Assembly: GCA_963772625.1 (NCBI GenBank)
Contig: CAVYXT010000017.1
Location: 5,079-69,078, forward strand
DNA: 64,000 bases
Direction of reading: 5' to 3'
From: an uncultured Actinomycetota bacterium
Lineage (GTDB): Bacteria > Actinomycetota > Actinomycetes > Actinomycetales > Microbacteriaceae
In this document: piece by piece, positions 43,825-53,747 of the stretch
How the letters are laid out: each line of letters begins with the position of its first letter
Position numbering within the stretch: position 1 is the stretch's first letter
Program-made: the position numbers and the translations under genes
Notes under the pieces: model-generated
Databases searched by the model: none
Told to the model about the DNA's origin: nothing
What the model saw: the letters and a program-made list of their open reading frames with translations, nothing else

Positions 43825-44544
43825 TCAGACCGTGACGACGGTGCCGATCGATTCGCCCAGCAGGGCCTTGGTCACATTGCCCGCGGGCTCCATGCCGAAC
43901 ACGCGCATGTCCATCCCGTTGTCCATGCACAGGCTGAACGCGGTCGAGTCGACGACCTTCAGTCCTCGCTGCAGCGCGTCGAGGTAGGTGATCCGATCGA
44001 TCTTGGTCGCATTCGGGTCCTTGTGCGGATCGGCGGTGTAGACCCCGTCGACGCCGTTCTTGGCCACCAGCACTTCGGATGCACCGATCTCGAGCGCCCG
44101 CTGGGCGGCGACGGTGTCGGTGGAGAAGTACGGCAACCCGGCGCCGGCACCGAAGATCACGACCCGGCCCTTCTCCATGTGCCGCTCGGCGCGGCGCGGG
44201 ATGTACGGTTCGGCGACCTGTGTCATCGCGATCGCCGACTGCACGCGGGTCGCTGCGCCCGCCTGCTCGAGGAAGTCCTGGAGGGCGAGTGCGTTCATCA
44301 CGGTGCCGAGCATGCCCATGTAATCGGCTCGCCCGCGGTCCATTCCGCGCTGGCTCAGCTCCGCGCCGCGGAAGAAGTTGCCGCCACCGACGACGACGGC
44401 GATCTCGACACGATCGACCGCCGCGGCGATCTCGCGTGCGATCTGGCTGACGATGTCGGGGTTGACCCCCAGCTGGCCGCCGCCGAACGCCTCGCCCGAG
44501 AGCTTGAGCACCACTCGCCTGGTTCCAGTCGTCTCATCGATCAC
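43825..44544 (-). CDS. pyrH: UMP kinase
   Basis: [26 protein letters not shown] and FSTDT motifs. Confidence 0.97.
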   Translation of the reverse strand: MIDETTGTRRVVLKLSGEAFGGGQLGVNPDIVSQIAREIAAAVDRVEIAVVVGGGNFFRGAELSQRGMDRGRADYMGMLGTVMNALALQDFLEQAGAATRVQSAIAMTQVAEPYIPRRAERHMEKGRVVIFGAGAGLPYFSTDTVAAQRALEIGASEVLVAKNGVDGVYTADPHKDPNATKIDRITYLDALQRGLKVVDSTAFSLCMDNGMDMRVFGMEPAGNVTKALLGESIGTVVTV

Positions 44545-44610
44545 GTGTCATCCTCTCCTCGCGTACAGAATCATCTAAGGGCATCGGGTGTGCCCTCTCC
44601 AAGGCAAGCG

Positions 44611-44642
44611 AAAAGGCCCGCATCCAGCGATGCGGGCCTTTT
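44611..44642 (-). terminator. Intrinsic (bidirectional-type) terminator after tsf
   Basis: AAAAGGCCCGCATC-cagc-GATGCGGGCCTTTT, a perfect 14-bp stem. Confidence 0.85.
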
Positions 44643-44649
44643 CACGGTG

Positions 44650-45477
44650 CTACGCGCCGACCTTGAAGCGGGCGAACCCGGTGAGGGTCAGACCCGCGTC
44701 CTTGGCGACCTGGGCGACGGACAGCTTATTGTCCTTCGCGTAGTCCTGGTCCAGGAGCGAGACCTGCTTGAAGAAGGCGTTCACGCGGCCCTCGACGATC
44801 TTCGGCAGAGCGGCCTCGGGTTTGCCCTCCTGGCGCGAGATCTCGGTGACGATCTCACGCTCCTTGTCCACGTCCGCCGCGGGGACCTCGTCGCGCGACA
44901 GGTAGGACGGGTTGGCGAACGAGATGTGCTGCGCGAGGCTGCGTGCAGTCTCCGCGTCGTCACCCGAGTAGGCCAGGACCACGCCGACCTGCGGGGGCAG
45001 GTCCTTGCTGGTCTTGTGCAGGTAGACCTCGAAATGATCGCCGGTCAGCGTGCGAACACGACGCAGTTCGACCTTCTCGCCGATGATTGCGGCCTCGTCG
45101 TCGATCAGCTGCGCGACCGTCGACGAACCGGCGGGCGCGGCCAGCGCGGTCTCCACCGAGTCCGCGGCGACAGCGGCCGCGGCATCCGCGACCTTGTCGG
45201 CCAGCGCGATGAAGCGGTCGTTCTTCGCGACGAAGTCGGTCTCGCAGGCCAGCTCGATCAGCGTGACCTTGCCGCTCTGCTCGCGGGCGGTGACCAGACC
45301 CTCGCTCGTGGAACGATCGGCACGCTTGGCGTTGCCCTTCGCACCCTTGAGGCGCAGGATCTCGACGGCCTTCTCGACGTCGCCGTCGGCCTCTTCGAGG
45401 GCCTTCTTGGTGTCGACCATGCCGGTTCCGAGCTGGTCACGCAGCGCCTTGATGTCGGCGATCGTGAAGTTTGCCAT
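44650..45477 (-). CDS. tsf: Translation elongation factor Ts
   Basis: IKALRDQLGTGMVDTKKAL, ELACETDFVAKN and KIVEGR motifs. Confidence 0.97.
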   Translation of the reverse strand: MANFTIADIKALRDQLGTGMVDTKKALEEADGDVEKAVEILRLKGAKGNAKRADRSTSEGLVTAREQSGKVTLIELACETDFVAKNDRFIALADKVADAAAAVAADSVETALAAPAGSSTVAQLIDDEAAIIGEKVELRRVRTLTGDHFEVYLHKTSKDLPPQVGVVLAYSGDDAETARSLAQHISFANPSYLSRDEVPAADVDKEREIVTEISRQEGKPEAALPKIVEGRVNAFFKQVSLLDQDYAKDNKLSVAQVAKDAGLTLTGFARFKVGA

Positions 45478-45519
45478 GTGTGGCGGCTCCTTGCTTGAGT
45501 TCAGTTGCGAAGTGGATGC

Positions 45520-45553
45520 CTCGGCGGGGCCGTCATGGAACGACCCCGCCGAG
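45520..45553 (-). terminator. Stem-loop between rpsB and tsf (terminator, attenuator or stabiliser)
   Basis: CTCGGCGGGG...CCCCGCCGAG 10-bp arms plus inner pairs; no U-tract. Confidence 0.5.
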
Positions 45554-45583
45554 TGCGCCTGCCGGCGCGAATGCCTGATCGGA

Positions 45584-46567
45584 CTACTTGGCGTCTTCGG
45601 CCTCGGCGGCCTCGACATCGGCGACGGGCTCGCCCGCCGCGTCTGCGATGGCCTCGTCGTGAGCCTCGGCACCGGCCACATCGTCGGCGGTCTCCGTCGC
45701 GGTCTCGCCCTCGACGGCCTGCTCTGCCTCGACGGCCTCGGCGAGGTCGTCGGCGGCGATGGCCTCATCGGCGACCTTCTCGGTCTCGGCGGAGGACTGT
45801 TCCGGCGCGCCCTGCTCGAGCAGCTCGCGCTCCCAGTCGGCGAGGGGCTCGGCGTCGGCCGACTCGTCGGTCGGGTTGTGGCGCTGGATGAGGCCCTCGG
45901 CGGCAGCGTCGGCGATGATGCGGGTGAGCAGGCCCACCGAGCGGATCGCGTCGTCGTTGCCGGGGATCGGGTACTGGAATTCGTCCGGGTCGGCGTTCGT
46001 GTCGAGGATGCCGATGATCGGGATGCCGAGCTTGGTGGCCTCGTTCACCGCGAGGTGCTCGCGCTTGGCGTCCACGACCCAGATCGCCGAAGGGGTCTTC
46101 GACATGTTGCGGATTCCGCCGAGCGACTTGTGCAGCTTGTCGAGCTCGCGCTTCTTCAGCAGCAGCTCCTTCTTGGTGAAGCCGCTGTCAGCGGGGTTCT
46201 CGTAGTCGAGCTCCTCGAGCTCCTTCATGCGGGCGAGGCGCTTGGAGACCGTCTGGAAGTTGGTGAGGAGGCCGCCGAGCCAGCGCTGGTTCACGTAGGG
46301 CTGGCCGACGCGGGTCGCCTGCTCGGCGATGATCTCCTGGGCCTGCTTCTTGGTGCCGACGAAGAGGACCGTGCCGCCGTGGGCGACCGTCTCCTTGACG
46401 AACTCGTACGCCTTGTCGATGTACGTCAGCGACTGCTGCAGGTCGATGATGTGGATGCCGCTGCGCTCGGTGAGGATGAAGCGCTTGACTTTCGGGTTCC
46501 ACCGGCGGGTCTGGTGTCCGAAGTGGACGCCGCTGTCGAGCAGCTGGCGAATGGTGACGACGGCCAT
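45584..46567 (-). CDS. rpsB: 30S ribosomal protein S2
   Basis: [38 protein letters not shown] and [10 protein letters not shown] motifs; acidic C-terminal tail. Confidence 0.98.
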   Translation of the reverse strand: MAVVTIRQLLDSGVHFGHQTRRWNPKVKRFILTERSGIHIIDLQQSLTYIDKAYEFVKETVAHGGTVLFVGTKKQAQEIIAEQATRVGQPYVNQRWLGGLLTNFQTVSKRLARMKELEELDYENPADSGFTKKELLLKKRELDKLHKSLGGIRNMSKTPSAIWVVDAKREHLAVNEATKLGIPIIGILDTNADPDEFQYPIPGNDDAIRSVGLLTRIIADAAAEGLIQRHNPTDESADAEPLADWERELLEQGAPEQSSAETEKVADEAIAADDLAEAVEAEQAVEGETATETADDVAGAEAHDEAIADAAGEPVADVEAAEAEDAK

Positions 46568-46790
46568 GGCCGTTCTCCTGTTCTCGACGCTCGGAAGCGC
46601 CGCTTGCGGTTGTGTCTTCCGCCGGATCCGAATGGCCGGCGAGCCTGGTGCCCGGCACACTCCCGCTCCAGCGCGAAATCGCACTGTGAGACCGGTGGGA
46701 GGAGATGCCGCGCGTTCGTGAACCTGCGGTTCGCGTTCGCGCTCTGGGCACGCGTATTCACCCCGACAGGCGAGGTGTCCGTCCAGTGTA
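46568..46790 (-). promoter_or_regulatory. rpsB promoter (-10 TACACT at 46785-46790) and about 210-nt 5' leader, likely an S2 autoregulatory RNA
   Basis: Long untranslated leader with GGGGUG/ACAC elements. S2 leaders are known in many phyla; the fold was not computed. Confidence 0.5.
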
Positions 46791-46800
46791 TCAGCAGGCT

Positions 46801-46811
46801 CTCCTCCCCAG
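46801..46811 (+). promoter_or_regulatory. Shared upstream box CTCCTCCCCAG, 66 nt above the GAGGAT -10 of the M23 gene
   Basis: Second half-site TCCCCTG at 46832-46838; -10 lies 6 nt before ATG 46889. Confidence 0.6.
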
Positions 46812-46888
46812 CTTCCGGCGGTTCGGATCTGTCCCCTGCTTTCTCCGCGGCCACTGTCCAGGAGATTCGAGGGCGCGAGGATGGCCCG

Positions 46889-47473
46889 ATGCCGCGCCTC
46901 CCCCGACGTCATCACGGCCGCGCTGAGCGCGCGGCGGCAGCGGTGGGGACCTCGCTCCTGGTGCTTCTCGTTTCCTTCGCAGCTTCTGATCGTTCCGCGG
47001 CGCTTCTCGCGCCCCCGCCTCCTGCGAAGACGGTCACCTCCGCGTCGACGCCCGATCTTGCCGCCCTCGGCTGGATCTGGCCTGCGTCGAGGTTCCGGCT
47101 CGCCCGTCCGTTCGTCGCGCCCGCGCACAAGTACGGGCCTGGTCACCGCGGCGTCGACCTCGACCTCCTCGGCGATTCAGTCGTGCAGGCACCCGCGGAC
47201 GGCGTGGCGGCGTTCGCGGGGAGTGTCGCAGGCCGCGGCATCCTCACGATCGACCATGGCAACGGCCTCGTCACGACACTGGAACCGGTCGACACCGCCG
47301 TCGAGCCGGGCACACCCGTTCGTCGCGGTGAGGCAGTCGCGACGCTGGCTGCCGGCGGACACGCCGCGTCCGGGGCTCTGCACTTCGGCGTACGCCTGCA
47401 TGGCGAGTACATCAATCCGATGTTGCTGCTCGGCGGCGTGCCGCGGGCCGTCCTGCTGCCGTGTTGCGACTGA
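46889..47473 (+). CDS. Secreted M23 family peptidase
   Basis: Signal/TM, then GHRGVDL...APADG...HG...TTLEPV...LHFGVR; the second His motif appears replaced (TTLEP instead of YAH). Confidence 0.85.
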   Translation: MPRLPRRHHGRAERAAAAVGTSLLVLLVSFAASDRSAALLAPPPPAKTVTSASTPDLAALGWIWPASRFRLARPFVAPAHKYGPGHRGVDLDLLGDSVVQAPADGVAAFAGSVAGRGILTIDHGNGLVTTLEPVDTAVEPGTPVRRGEAVATLAAGGHAASGALHFGVRLHGEYINPMLLLGGVPRAVLLPCCD

Positions 47474-47493
47474 CGAGCTTCGGGTCCCGCCCT

Positions 47494-48402
47494 TCAAGCT
47501 CTCGGGTGCGCGAGGCGATACGTCGCGGCGAGCCGTTCGGACGAGACGTGGGTGTAGATCTGGGTGGTGCCCAGGCTGGCATGGCCGAGCATCTCCTGAA
47601 CGGCACGCAGGTCCGCTCCCCCGTCGAGAAGATGTGTGGCCGCCGAATGACGCAGCGCGTGCGGCCCGACCGCCGACGTGCCCAGCACCTTCCCCAGTTC
47701 CCGCGCAACCACGTCGTACACGGCGCGGGGTGAGATGCGTGCGCCACGGGTCCCGAGGAAGAGCGCGGAGCCCGAACCTGCAGTGTCGGTTCGCTCTCCC
47801 AATGCCGGGCGGGCGCGTGCGACGTAGGCTTCGACCGCGCGGCGAGCCGGCGCTCCGAATGGGACGACACGCTCTTTGGATCCCTTGCCGAGCACCCGCA
47901 GTGTCGCGCGGTCGAAATCCACGTCGTCGATGTCCAGGCCGGTGAGCTCGGACACGCGCACCGCCGATCCGTAGAGCACCTCGAGCATCGCGGAGTCGCG
48001 CAGATCGACGGGGTCGCCGCGAGACGCGCGCTCGGCGAGCCCATCGAGCATGCCCCGGACCCCGTCGGCGGTCGCAACCTGGGGAAGCGTTCGTCCGCGC
48101 TTGGGCGCCACGAGGCGCAGGCTCGGATCGGCCGCCACGAGGCCGGTCTCGGCGGCCCACGCGAAGAAGCCGCGCGCTGCGGCGGTGCGACGGGCGAGCG
48201 TGGACCGGGCGTCCCCGCGCTGCGTCGCTTGCCAGAGCCACTCGCGGAGCGCCTCGAGGTCGACCTCGGTCACGTCCGCATCGGCGACGGTCGCGGACAG
48301 ATCGCGCAGATCCGCCCGGTACGCCCGCACCGTCGCGGGCGAGAGGCGGCGCACGCGTTCGAGATGCTGCGCGTAGGCCTCAGCCGCCTTGTCGAGCTCC
48401 AT
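47494..48402 (-). CDS. xerC: Tyrosine recombinase XerC
   Basis: RDSAMLEVLYGSAVRVSEL, GKGSKERVVP, HALRHSAATHLL and LGH..L.TTQIY motifs; conserved position after dprA. Confidence 0.9.
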   Translation of the reverse strand: MELDKAAEAYAQHLERVRRLSPATVRAYRADLRDLSATVADADVTEVDLEALREWLWQATQRGDARSTLARRTAAARGFFAWAAETGLVAADPSLRLVAPKRGRTLPQVATADGVRGMLDGLAERASRGDPVDLRDSAMLEVLYGSAVRVSELTGLDIDDVDFDRATLRVLGKGSKERVVPFGAPARRAVEAYVARARPALGERTDTAGSGSALFLGTRGARISPRAVYDVVARELGKVLGTSAVGPHALRHSAATHLLDGGADLRAVQEMLGHASLGTTQIYTHVSSERLAATYRLAHPRA

Positions 48403-48452
48403 TGCTCCAGCATGCCCCGTCAGCGGATGGGTCGCGCCGCGGCGCACGGCTC

Positions 48453-49679
48453 TCAGCCCGATGGCACAGCCGGACGCGCGCGGCGCCACCCGCTGTCACT
48501 CCGCATGGCTGCGCCCTCGACGGCGAGTAGGCCCAGGATCGCCATGACATCCGCCGGGGCGAGTCCGCAGCGGCGGGCGATGTCGGTCACCTCCCGCCAT
48601 GCGCGAAAGCTCATCGCGTCGAGAACGCGGGTCACGTCATCTGTGCGGCCCCGCCCGCTGTCCGAGCCTTCAACCGGCCGATCGAACAGCGCCGGAGAAG
48701 GCCCGCCGAGCAGCTCGAGCGCTTCGTCCGCGTTGGTCACGCACCGTGCGTCGAACTCGCGCAGAAGCCGATGGCACCCGGCGGAGGCCGCGCTCGTCAC
48801 CGGTCCGGGCACCGCGCCGAGCGGGCGCGAGAGCGCCGCCGCATGCCCGGCCGTGTTGAGTGACCCGCTGCGCCACCCCGCTTCGACGACCACCGTCGCG
48901 TCGGCGAGTGCCGCGATGAGTCGATTGCGCTGAAGGAACCTCCACTTGGTCGGCGTGGTCGCGCACGGCACCTCGCTCACGACGGCGCCGGAGCCGGCGA
49001 TCCGCTCGATCAGGTTCGCGTGCCCGGCCGGATACGGCCGGTCCACGCCGCCCGCGAGCAGAGCGACGGTGATGCCGCCCGCCGCGAGAGCAGCTCGGTG
49101 GGCCGCGCCATCGATGCCGTAGGCGGCCCCCGACACGATGGAGACGCCGCGGCCGACGAGCTCGGCGGCCATTTCGACCGCGATGTGCTCGCCGTAGCCG
49201 GTCGCCGCGCGGGCACCCACGAGGGCGATCGACGGCGAGAGGCGCGACAGCGTGTCGACATCGCCCCGGACCCAGAGCAGGAGCGGCGCGTGATGACCCA
49301 GATCCGTGAGAGACGCGGGCCACTGCGCGTCCTCGGGTGTGATCACCGAGATCCCGGAGCGCCGGGCGACCTCGAGCGCGTCCTGGACGGCACTCCGCTT
49401 CAGCCGTGGACGCCACCGATCCAGGCCCTCCTGCCACTCCCGGGGAGTGATCCCGGCGGCATTCAGCACGCCCGGATCGCTGTCGGCCCTCACGACTTGG
49501 TCGAGTGCCGCCTCGGGTCCGAGCGCGCTCACGATCCGCCCCGCGACGCCGTCGCCGGGCTCGATGAGGCAGCTCCAGGTGTGCACGGCGTACAGCCGCC
49601 GGGCACGGTCGTCGTCCAGCTCTCCGTGCACGAGCGGAGCGAGCTCGGCTCGGACTTCGCGCGGGTGGGGCCGAGTCAT
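48453..49679 (-). CDS. dprA: DNA-processing protein DprA
   Basis: LWVRG, IALVGARAATGYG, VSGAAYGIDGAAH, FLQRNRLIAAL and VVEAGWRSGSLNTA motifs; C-terminal wHTH. Confidence 0.95.
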   Translation of the reverse strand: MTRPHPREVRAELAPLVHGELDDDRARRLYAVHTWSCLIEPGDGVAGRIVSALGPEAALDQVVRADSDPGVLNAAGITPREWQEGLDRWRPRLKRSAVQDALEVARRSGISVITPEDAQWPASLTDLGHHAPLLLWVRGDVDTLSRLSPSIALVGARAATGYGEHIAVEMAAELVGRGVSIVSGAAYGIDGAAHRAALAAGGITVALLAGGVDRPYPAGHANLIERIAGSGAVVSEVPCATTPTKWRFLQRNRLIAALADATVVVEAGWRSGSLNTAGHAAALSRPLGAVPGPVTSAASAGCHRLLREFDARCVTNADEALELLGGPSPALFDRPVEGSDSGRGRTDDVTRVLDAMSFRAWREVTDIARRCGLAPADVMAILGLLAVEGAAMRSDSGWRRARPAVPSG

Positions 49680-51205
49680 ATGGTGATGCCTTTCTTCATG
49701 AAGAGCGCGCGACCGATATCGTGCACGCTGGGGCTCGCGCGCCCGGCCAGATCGCCGAGCGTCCATGCGACGCGCAGGACGCGGTCGTAGCCCCGCAGCG
49801 TCAGCGACCCGCGTTGAAGTGCCGCGTCGATCGGGCGGCGGACCACAGGTGCGAGCGCGAGCGGTCCTTCGCGCAGCCAGGGGGCGGAGACGCGGGCATT
49901 GATGCGCCAGGGCGTGTCGCGCAGCCGATGCGCCGCGCGCGCCCGGGCTTCCGCAACGCGGGCGGCAGCGGCATCCGTCGTCACGGCGTCGACCGTGAGG
50001 TCAGCAGCGTGCGCGACCGAGACCCGAGCGAGTCCGAGCTCGATGTCGACTCGGTCCAGCAGCGGTCCCGAGAGCTTTCCCAGGTATCGCCGGATCGCCA
50101 TCGGCGGGCAGATGCAGCTCGCACCGCGAACCCCGTAGTTGCCGCAGGGGCACGGGTTGGTGGCCAGGATCAGCTGGAAGGAGGCGGGGAAGGATGCCGC
50201 GACCCCGGCTCGATGGATGGTGATCGCGCCTTTCTCGAGTGGCTGGCGCAGTGCGTCGAGCACGCTCGGCGGAAACTCCCCCACCTCATCGAGGAACAGC
50301 ACGCCGTGCGTCGCGCGCGCGATCGCTCCCGGCCGGAGCACGCGCGACCCGCCTCCGACGAGCGCCGCAATGCTCGCACTGTGGTGCGGCGCCTCCAGCG
50401 GCGGCCGCCGGGCGAGCGAGCTCACCGGGTCGCCCGAGAGGGATCGGATCGCCGCGACCTCCAGCGCCGCGGCGTCGTCGAGCGCGGGGAGGATCCCCGG
50501 GAGCCGGTTTGCCAGCATCGTCTTGCCGGCACCCGGTGGACCGCTCATCAGCATGTGATGCCCGCCCGCGGCGGCGGCGATCAGCGCCTCGACGGCGTCG
50601 CGCTGACCGATCACGTCCGCCAGATCGGCATCGCCGTGCTGCTCCCGTACGGATGCGGGCGCGGGAACCGGATCGAGCCGGCGCTCCTCGACGTCCGCGC
50701 CGTGCCACCGAGCGACGTCGGCGAGCGACACGGCACCCACGACTTCGATTCCCTCCACGAGCGAGGCCTCCGCCGCGTTCGCGTGCGGCACGATGACCCG
50801 GCGCTTGCCCTCACGGGCTGCCGCCATGACGGCCGGCAGCACGCCCGGCACGGGACGGAGGCGACCGTCCAGTCCGAGCTCGCCGATGTGCACCGTCTGC
50901 GCGATGGAGTCGGCATCCATTCGTCCCTGGGTCGCCAGCGACGCGATGGCGATCGCGACATCGAACCCGGATCCGTGCTTTGGCACGCTGGCCGGCGACA
51001 GATTCACGGTGAGCCGGCGTCGCGGCAGCGCGAGGCCGCAGTTCGCGCTCGCGTTGTGCACACGCTGCACCGCCTCGCCCAGCGCCTTGTCGGGCAGGCC
51101 GATGATGCGGAACTCCGGCGTCTGGTTCGAGAGGTCCGCTTCGACCTCGACCAGGTCGCCGTCCAGGCCGGTCAGCGCGATGGCCCACGTGCGCGCGGTC
51201 GTCAC
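49676..51205 (-). CDS. comM: YifB/ComM Mg-chelatase-like AAA+ helicase
   Basis: IIGLPD, TVNLSPA, GPPGAGKTM, APHHSAS, GVLFLDE, NPCPCG and SGPLLDRVD motifs. Confidence 0.92.
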   Translation of the reverse strand: MTTARTWAIALTGLDGDLVEVEADLSNQTPEFRIIGLPDKALGEAVQRVHNASANCGLALPRRRLTVNLSPASVPKHGSGFDVAIAIASLATQGRMDADSIAQTVHIGELGLDGRLRPVPGVLPAVMAAAREGKRRVIVPHANAAEASLVEGIEVVGAVSLADVARWHGADVEERRLDPVPAPASVREQHGDADLADVIGQRDAVEALIAAAAGGHHMLMSGPPGAGKTMLANRLPGILPALDDAAALEVAAIRSLSGDPVSSLARRPPLEAPHHSASIAALVGGGSRVLRPGAIARATHGVLFLDEVGEFPPSVLDALRQPLEKGAITIHRAGVAASFPASFQLILATNPCPCGNYGVRGASCICPPMAIRRYLGKLSGPLLDRVDIELGLARVSVAHAADLTVDAVTTDAAAARVAEARARAAHRLRDTPWRINARVSAPWLREGPLALAPVVRRPIDAALQRGSLTLRGYDRVLRVAWTLGDLAGRASPSVHDIGRALFMKKGITI

Positions 51206-51564
51206 CGCAGGTCCTCGAGATGCTCGAGGACGGCGGTCGCGGGATCGGGGCCGGTCAGAGCGACCGCGTCCAGCCGGAGCCGTCGACCCTGCGCCTCATC
51301 CGGGTGGGCCGCGATCCACGCGATGGCCAGGCGCCACATTCGACGCTGCTTGCGATCGTCGACCGCCTCGAACGGGTGCCCGAAGCCGTCGCCTCGGCGT
51401 GTCTTGACCTCGACGACGACCAGCTCGCCCGCGCGGGCGACGACGAGGTCGAGCTCCCCGTCTCTGATGCGCCAGTTGCGGTCGAGGACGACGTAGCCGC
51501 TCGCCTCGAGGTACCGCGCGGCCCGGTCTTCGCCTGCGCGGCCCAGCACATCCTTGGCTGCCAT
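51202..51564 (-). CDS. yraN: YraN (UPF0102) family nuclease-fold protein
   Basis: GRAGEDRAARYL...RNWR...GELDLV...VEVKTR...K..R...R.DAV. CACGAT lies 6 nt before the ATG. Confidence 0.92.
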   Translation of the reverse strand: MAAKDVLGRAGEDRAARYLEASGYVVLDRNWRIRDGELDLVVARAGELVVVEVKTRRGDGFGHPFEAVDDRKQRRMWRLAIAWIAAHPDEAQGRRLRLDAVALTGPDPATAVLEHLEDLR

Positions 51565-51642
51565 GAAGGCATCGTGACGCGGGATCCGACGAGCCAGCCC
51601 AGGGCATCACGACATCCGTGAATCAGCACCGGCTACGCGTAC

Positions 51643-51653
51643 CTGTGGAGGAG
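51643..51653 (-). promoter_or_regulatory. Shared upstream box CTCCTCCACAG, 67 nt above the CACGAT -10 of yraN-comM-dprA
   Basis: Second half-site TTCACGG at 51616-51622. Confidence 0.6.
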
Positions 51654-51714
51654 CGGGCTCCGGCCAGTCGGAGGTCTCGATACGCCGCGTGCGGCGGCGA
51701 CTAGACCTGGAGTG

Positions 51715-51755
51715 GCACCGCCTCAACGCGGGCTTCGCTCGCATTGAGGCGGTGC
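51715..51755. other. Long hairpin between yraN and the DUF2469 gene
   Basis: GCACCGCCTCAA-CGCGGGC-TTC-GCTCGCA-TTGAGGCGGTGC: 12 perfect bp plus an inner stem. Confidence 0.7.
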
Positions 51756-51775
51756 GACTCTAGGATGGAAACACC

Positions 51776-52099
51776 ATGGATGACGAAGTCTTCGAAGACT
51801 ATGACCGCGAACTGGAGCTCGCCCTCTACCGCGAGTACCGCGACGTCGTCTCGCAGTTCCAGTACGTGATCGAGACCGAGCGCAGGTTCTACCTCGCGAA
51901 CGAGGTCAACGTGGTGCGCCGAGACACCGAGCACGACTTCTACTTCGAGATTTCGATGACGGACGTCTGGGTGTGGGACATCTACCGCGCCGACCGTTTC
52001 GTCAAGTCGGTGCGCGTTCTGACGTTCAAGGATGTCAACGTCGAGGAGCTGTCGCGCCGCGACTTCCATCTGCCCGAGGAGCTTTCGCTGGACTCCTGA
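51776..52099 (+). CDS. DUF2469 family protein
   Basis: YDRELELALYREYRDVV...VETERRFYLAN...D.WVWD.YR..RFVK.VRV.TFKDVNVEEL. Confidence 0.92.
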   Translation: MDDEVFEDYDRELELALYREYRDVVSQFQYVIETERRFYLANEVNVVRRDTEHDFYFEISMTDVWVWDIYRADRFVKSVRVLTFKDVNVEELSRRDFHLPEELSLDS

Positions 52100-52130
52100 G
52101 GCCGTCGACGGCGAGCACCGGGGCGGTCGG

Positions 52131-52790
52131 TCAGAACAGTGTCGGCGAGCCGATGAAGGACCACGACGCGCGGTGATGGCGGCTGATGCCGTGCTCGAGG
52201 ATCGCGTCGCGGTGATCGGGGCTCGCGTAGCCCTTGTTGCTGGCCCAGTTGTACGCCGGCAGGTCGTCGTGGAGCTCGGTCATGAGGGCGTCGCGCGCCA
52301 CCTTGGCGATGACGGATGCCGCAGCGGCACTCGCACAGTCGCGGTCGGCCTTGATCACCGGGCGGATCGTCAATCCGGTGCCGCCCGCCGGCGTGATGTA
52401 GTCGTAGTTGCCGTCCAGCACGACGATCGCATCCTCCGGGACGACCCCGTGCGCACGCAGGTCCGCGAGGGCGCGGATGGTGGCGAGCCCGAGCGCTCGC
52501 ATGATGCCGATCTCGTCGATCTCGACGGAACTGGCCCATCCCACCGCGCTGGCGGAGACCCAGGATGCCGCGCGTGCGGCGACCTCGGCGCGTCGATGCT
52601 CCGGCACCAGCTTGGAATCGCGCAGGCCCTGCGGGATCCGCTTGCGCGAGCGCGGCGCGTCGATCATCACGGCGCCCACCGCGACGGGTCCGGCCAGCGC
52701 GCCTCTGCCCACCTCGTCGCACGCGATCAGGATCGCGTGCTCGCGCAGCAGACGCCGCTCGAGCGTCAGACGGGGCTCGGCCGGGCTCAT
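52131..52790 (-). CDS. rnhB: Ribonuclease HII
   Basis: CDEVGRGALAGPV, LRDSK, VLDG, AAASVIAKVARD and NKGY motifs. Confidence 0.95.
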   Translation of the reverse strand: MSPAEPRLTLERRLLREHAILIACDEVGRGALAGPVAVGAVMIDAPRSRKRIPQGLRDSKLVPEHRRAEVAARAASWVSASAVGWASSVEIDEIGIMRALGLATIRALADLRAHGVVPEDAIVVLDGNYDYITPAGGTGLTIRPVIKADRDCASAAAASVIAKVARDALMTELHDDLPAYNWASNKGYASPDHRDAILEHGISRHHRASWSFIGSPTLF

Positions 52791-52799
52791 CTCAGGCGG

Positions 52800-53591
52800 T
52801 CATTTCGCGGCAGGCTCCTCGACGGGCTCGTCGGAGGGCTCGGGAATGCCGGCGAACACCTCGTGGTGGAAGTCCAGCAGCCCGAAGCGGTCGAAGGGCC
52901 ACGTCGTGAGGAAGGCGCGTCCGACGACGTTGTCCTTCGGCACGAACCCCTTCCCCGGCTGGTCCTGGTTGTACCGCGAGTCCTTGGACGAATAGCGGTT
53001 GTCGCCGAGGACCCACAGGCTGTTCTCGGGGACGACCACGTCGAAACCGTCGCTGGAGGCGGGGCTGCCGGGGGTGGGGAGCTTGAGGTAGTCGGTCTCG
53101 TCGATCGGCACGCCGTTGACCGTGATCTGACCGATCTCGTTGCAGCAGACGACACTGTCGCCCGGAAGCCCGATGACCCTCTTCACGAGATGGTCATCGC
53201 TGTCCGGCGCCGAGAGGCCCACGAGCGAGAGCGCCCAGTCGAGTCCCTCCACGAGGAACGAGCGCTCCGGGTCGGTGCGCACCGGCAGCCACCCACCGGG
53301 GTCCCGGAACACGACGATGTCCCCGCGATCGTAGCTGTTGAACCGCGGCGTGATCTCGTCGACGAGGATGCGGTCGTTGACCATCAGGGTGGATTCCATC
53401 GACCCGGACGGGATGTAGAACGAGCGCACCAGGAACGACTTCACCAGGAACGACACGAGCACCGCGACGAGCACGATGATCAACACGTCGCGCAGGAAGG
53501 TGAGCCAGCCGCGTCGTCGATCACGGGTTCCGTTGAGCGCGGCGCGCGAGGTCGGAGTCGGCTCTGCGGCAGCCGTCTGCTCGGTCGTCAT
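52800..53591 (-). CDS. lepB: Signal peptidase I
   Basis: FYIPSGSMESTL, RGDIVVF, LVKRVIGLPGD and LGDNRYSSKDSR motifs. Confidence 0.95.
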   Translation of the reverse strand: MTTEQTAAAEPTPTSRAALNGTRDRRRGWLTFLRDVLIIVLVAVLVSFLVKSFLVRSFYIPSGSMESTLMVNDRILVDEITPRFNSYDRGDIVVFRDPGGWLPVRTDPERSFLVEGLDWALSLVGLSAPDSDDHLVKRVIGLPGDSVVCCNEIGQITVNGVPIDETDYLKLPTPGSPASSDGFDVVVPENSLWVLGDNRYSSKDSRYNQDQPGKGFVPKDNVVGRAFLTTWPFDRFGLLDFHHEVFAGIPEPSDEPVEEPAAK

Positions 53592-53705
53592 GTGGGTCCT
53601 TCTTCGGGCGTGCCGCAGGTCGGCGGGCCGCTGGATCAAGGGTCGCATACTCCATGCTTCGAATACGCCGAACCTGCGATGGAATTCGTCGTCGGAGGAA
53701 CGACG

Positions 53706-53733
53706 AACGCCCCAGGCCGGAGCCCGGGGCGTT
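53706..53733 (-). terminator. Hairpin after rplS
   Basis: AACGCCCC...GGGGCGTT arms, 14 nt below the rplS stop. Confidence 0.6.
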
Positions 53734-53747
53734 GCGAAGACGGAATG

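Noticed and set aside
46695-46704. GTGGGAGGAG in the rpsB leader, a partial match to the shared box
   Set aside because: It lacks the CAG end and has no half-site or -10 at the expected distances.
47494-48402. Tyrosine recombinase as the integrase of a mobile element
   Set aside because: It sits in the conserved dprA-xerC-rpsB context with no att repeats, cargo or composition shift. No dif-like site was seen either.
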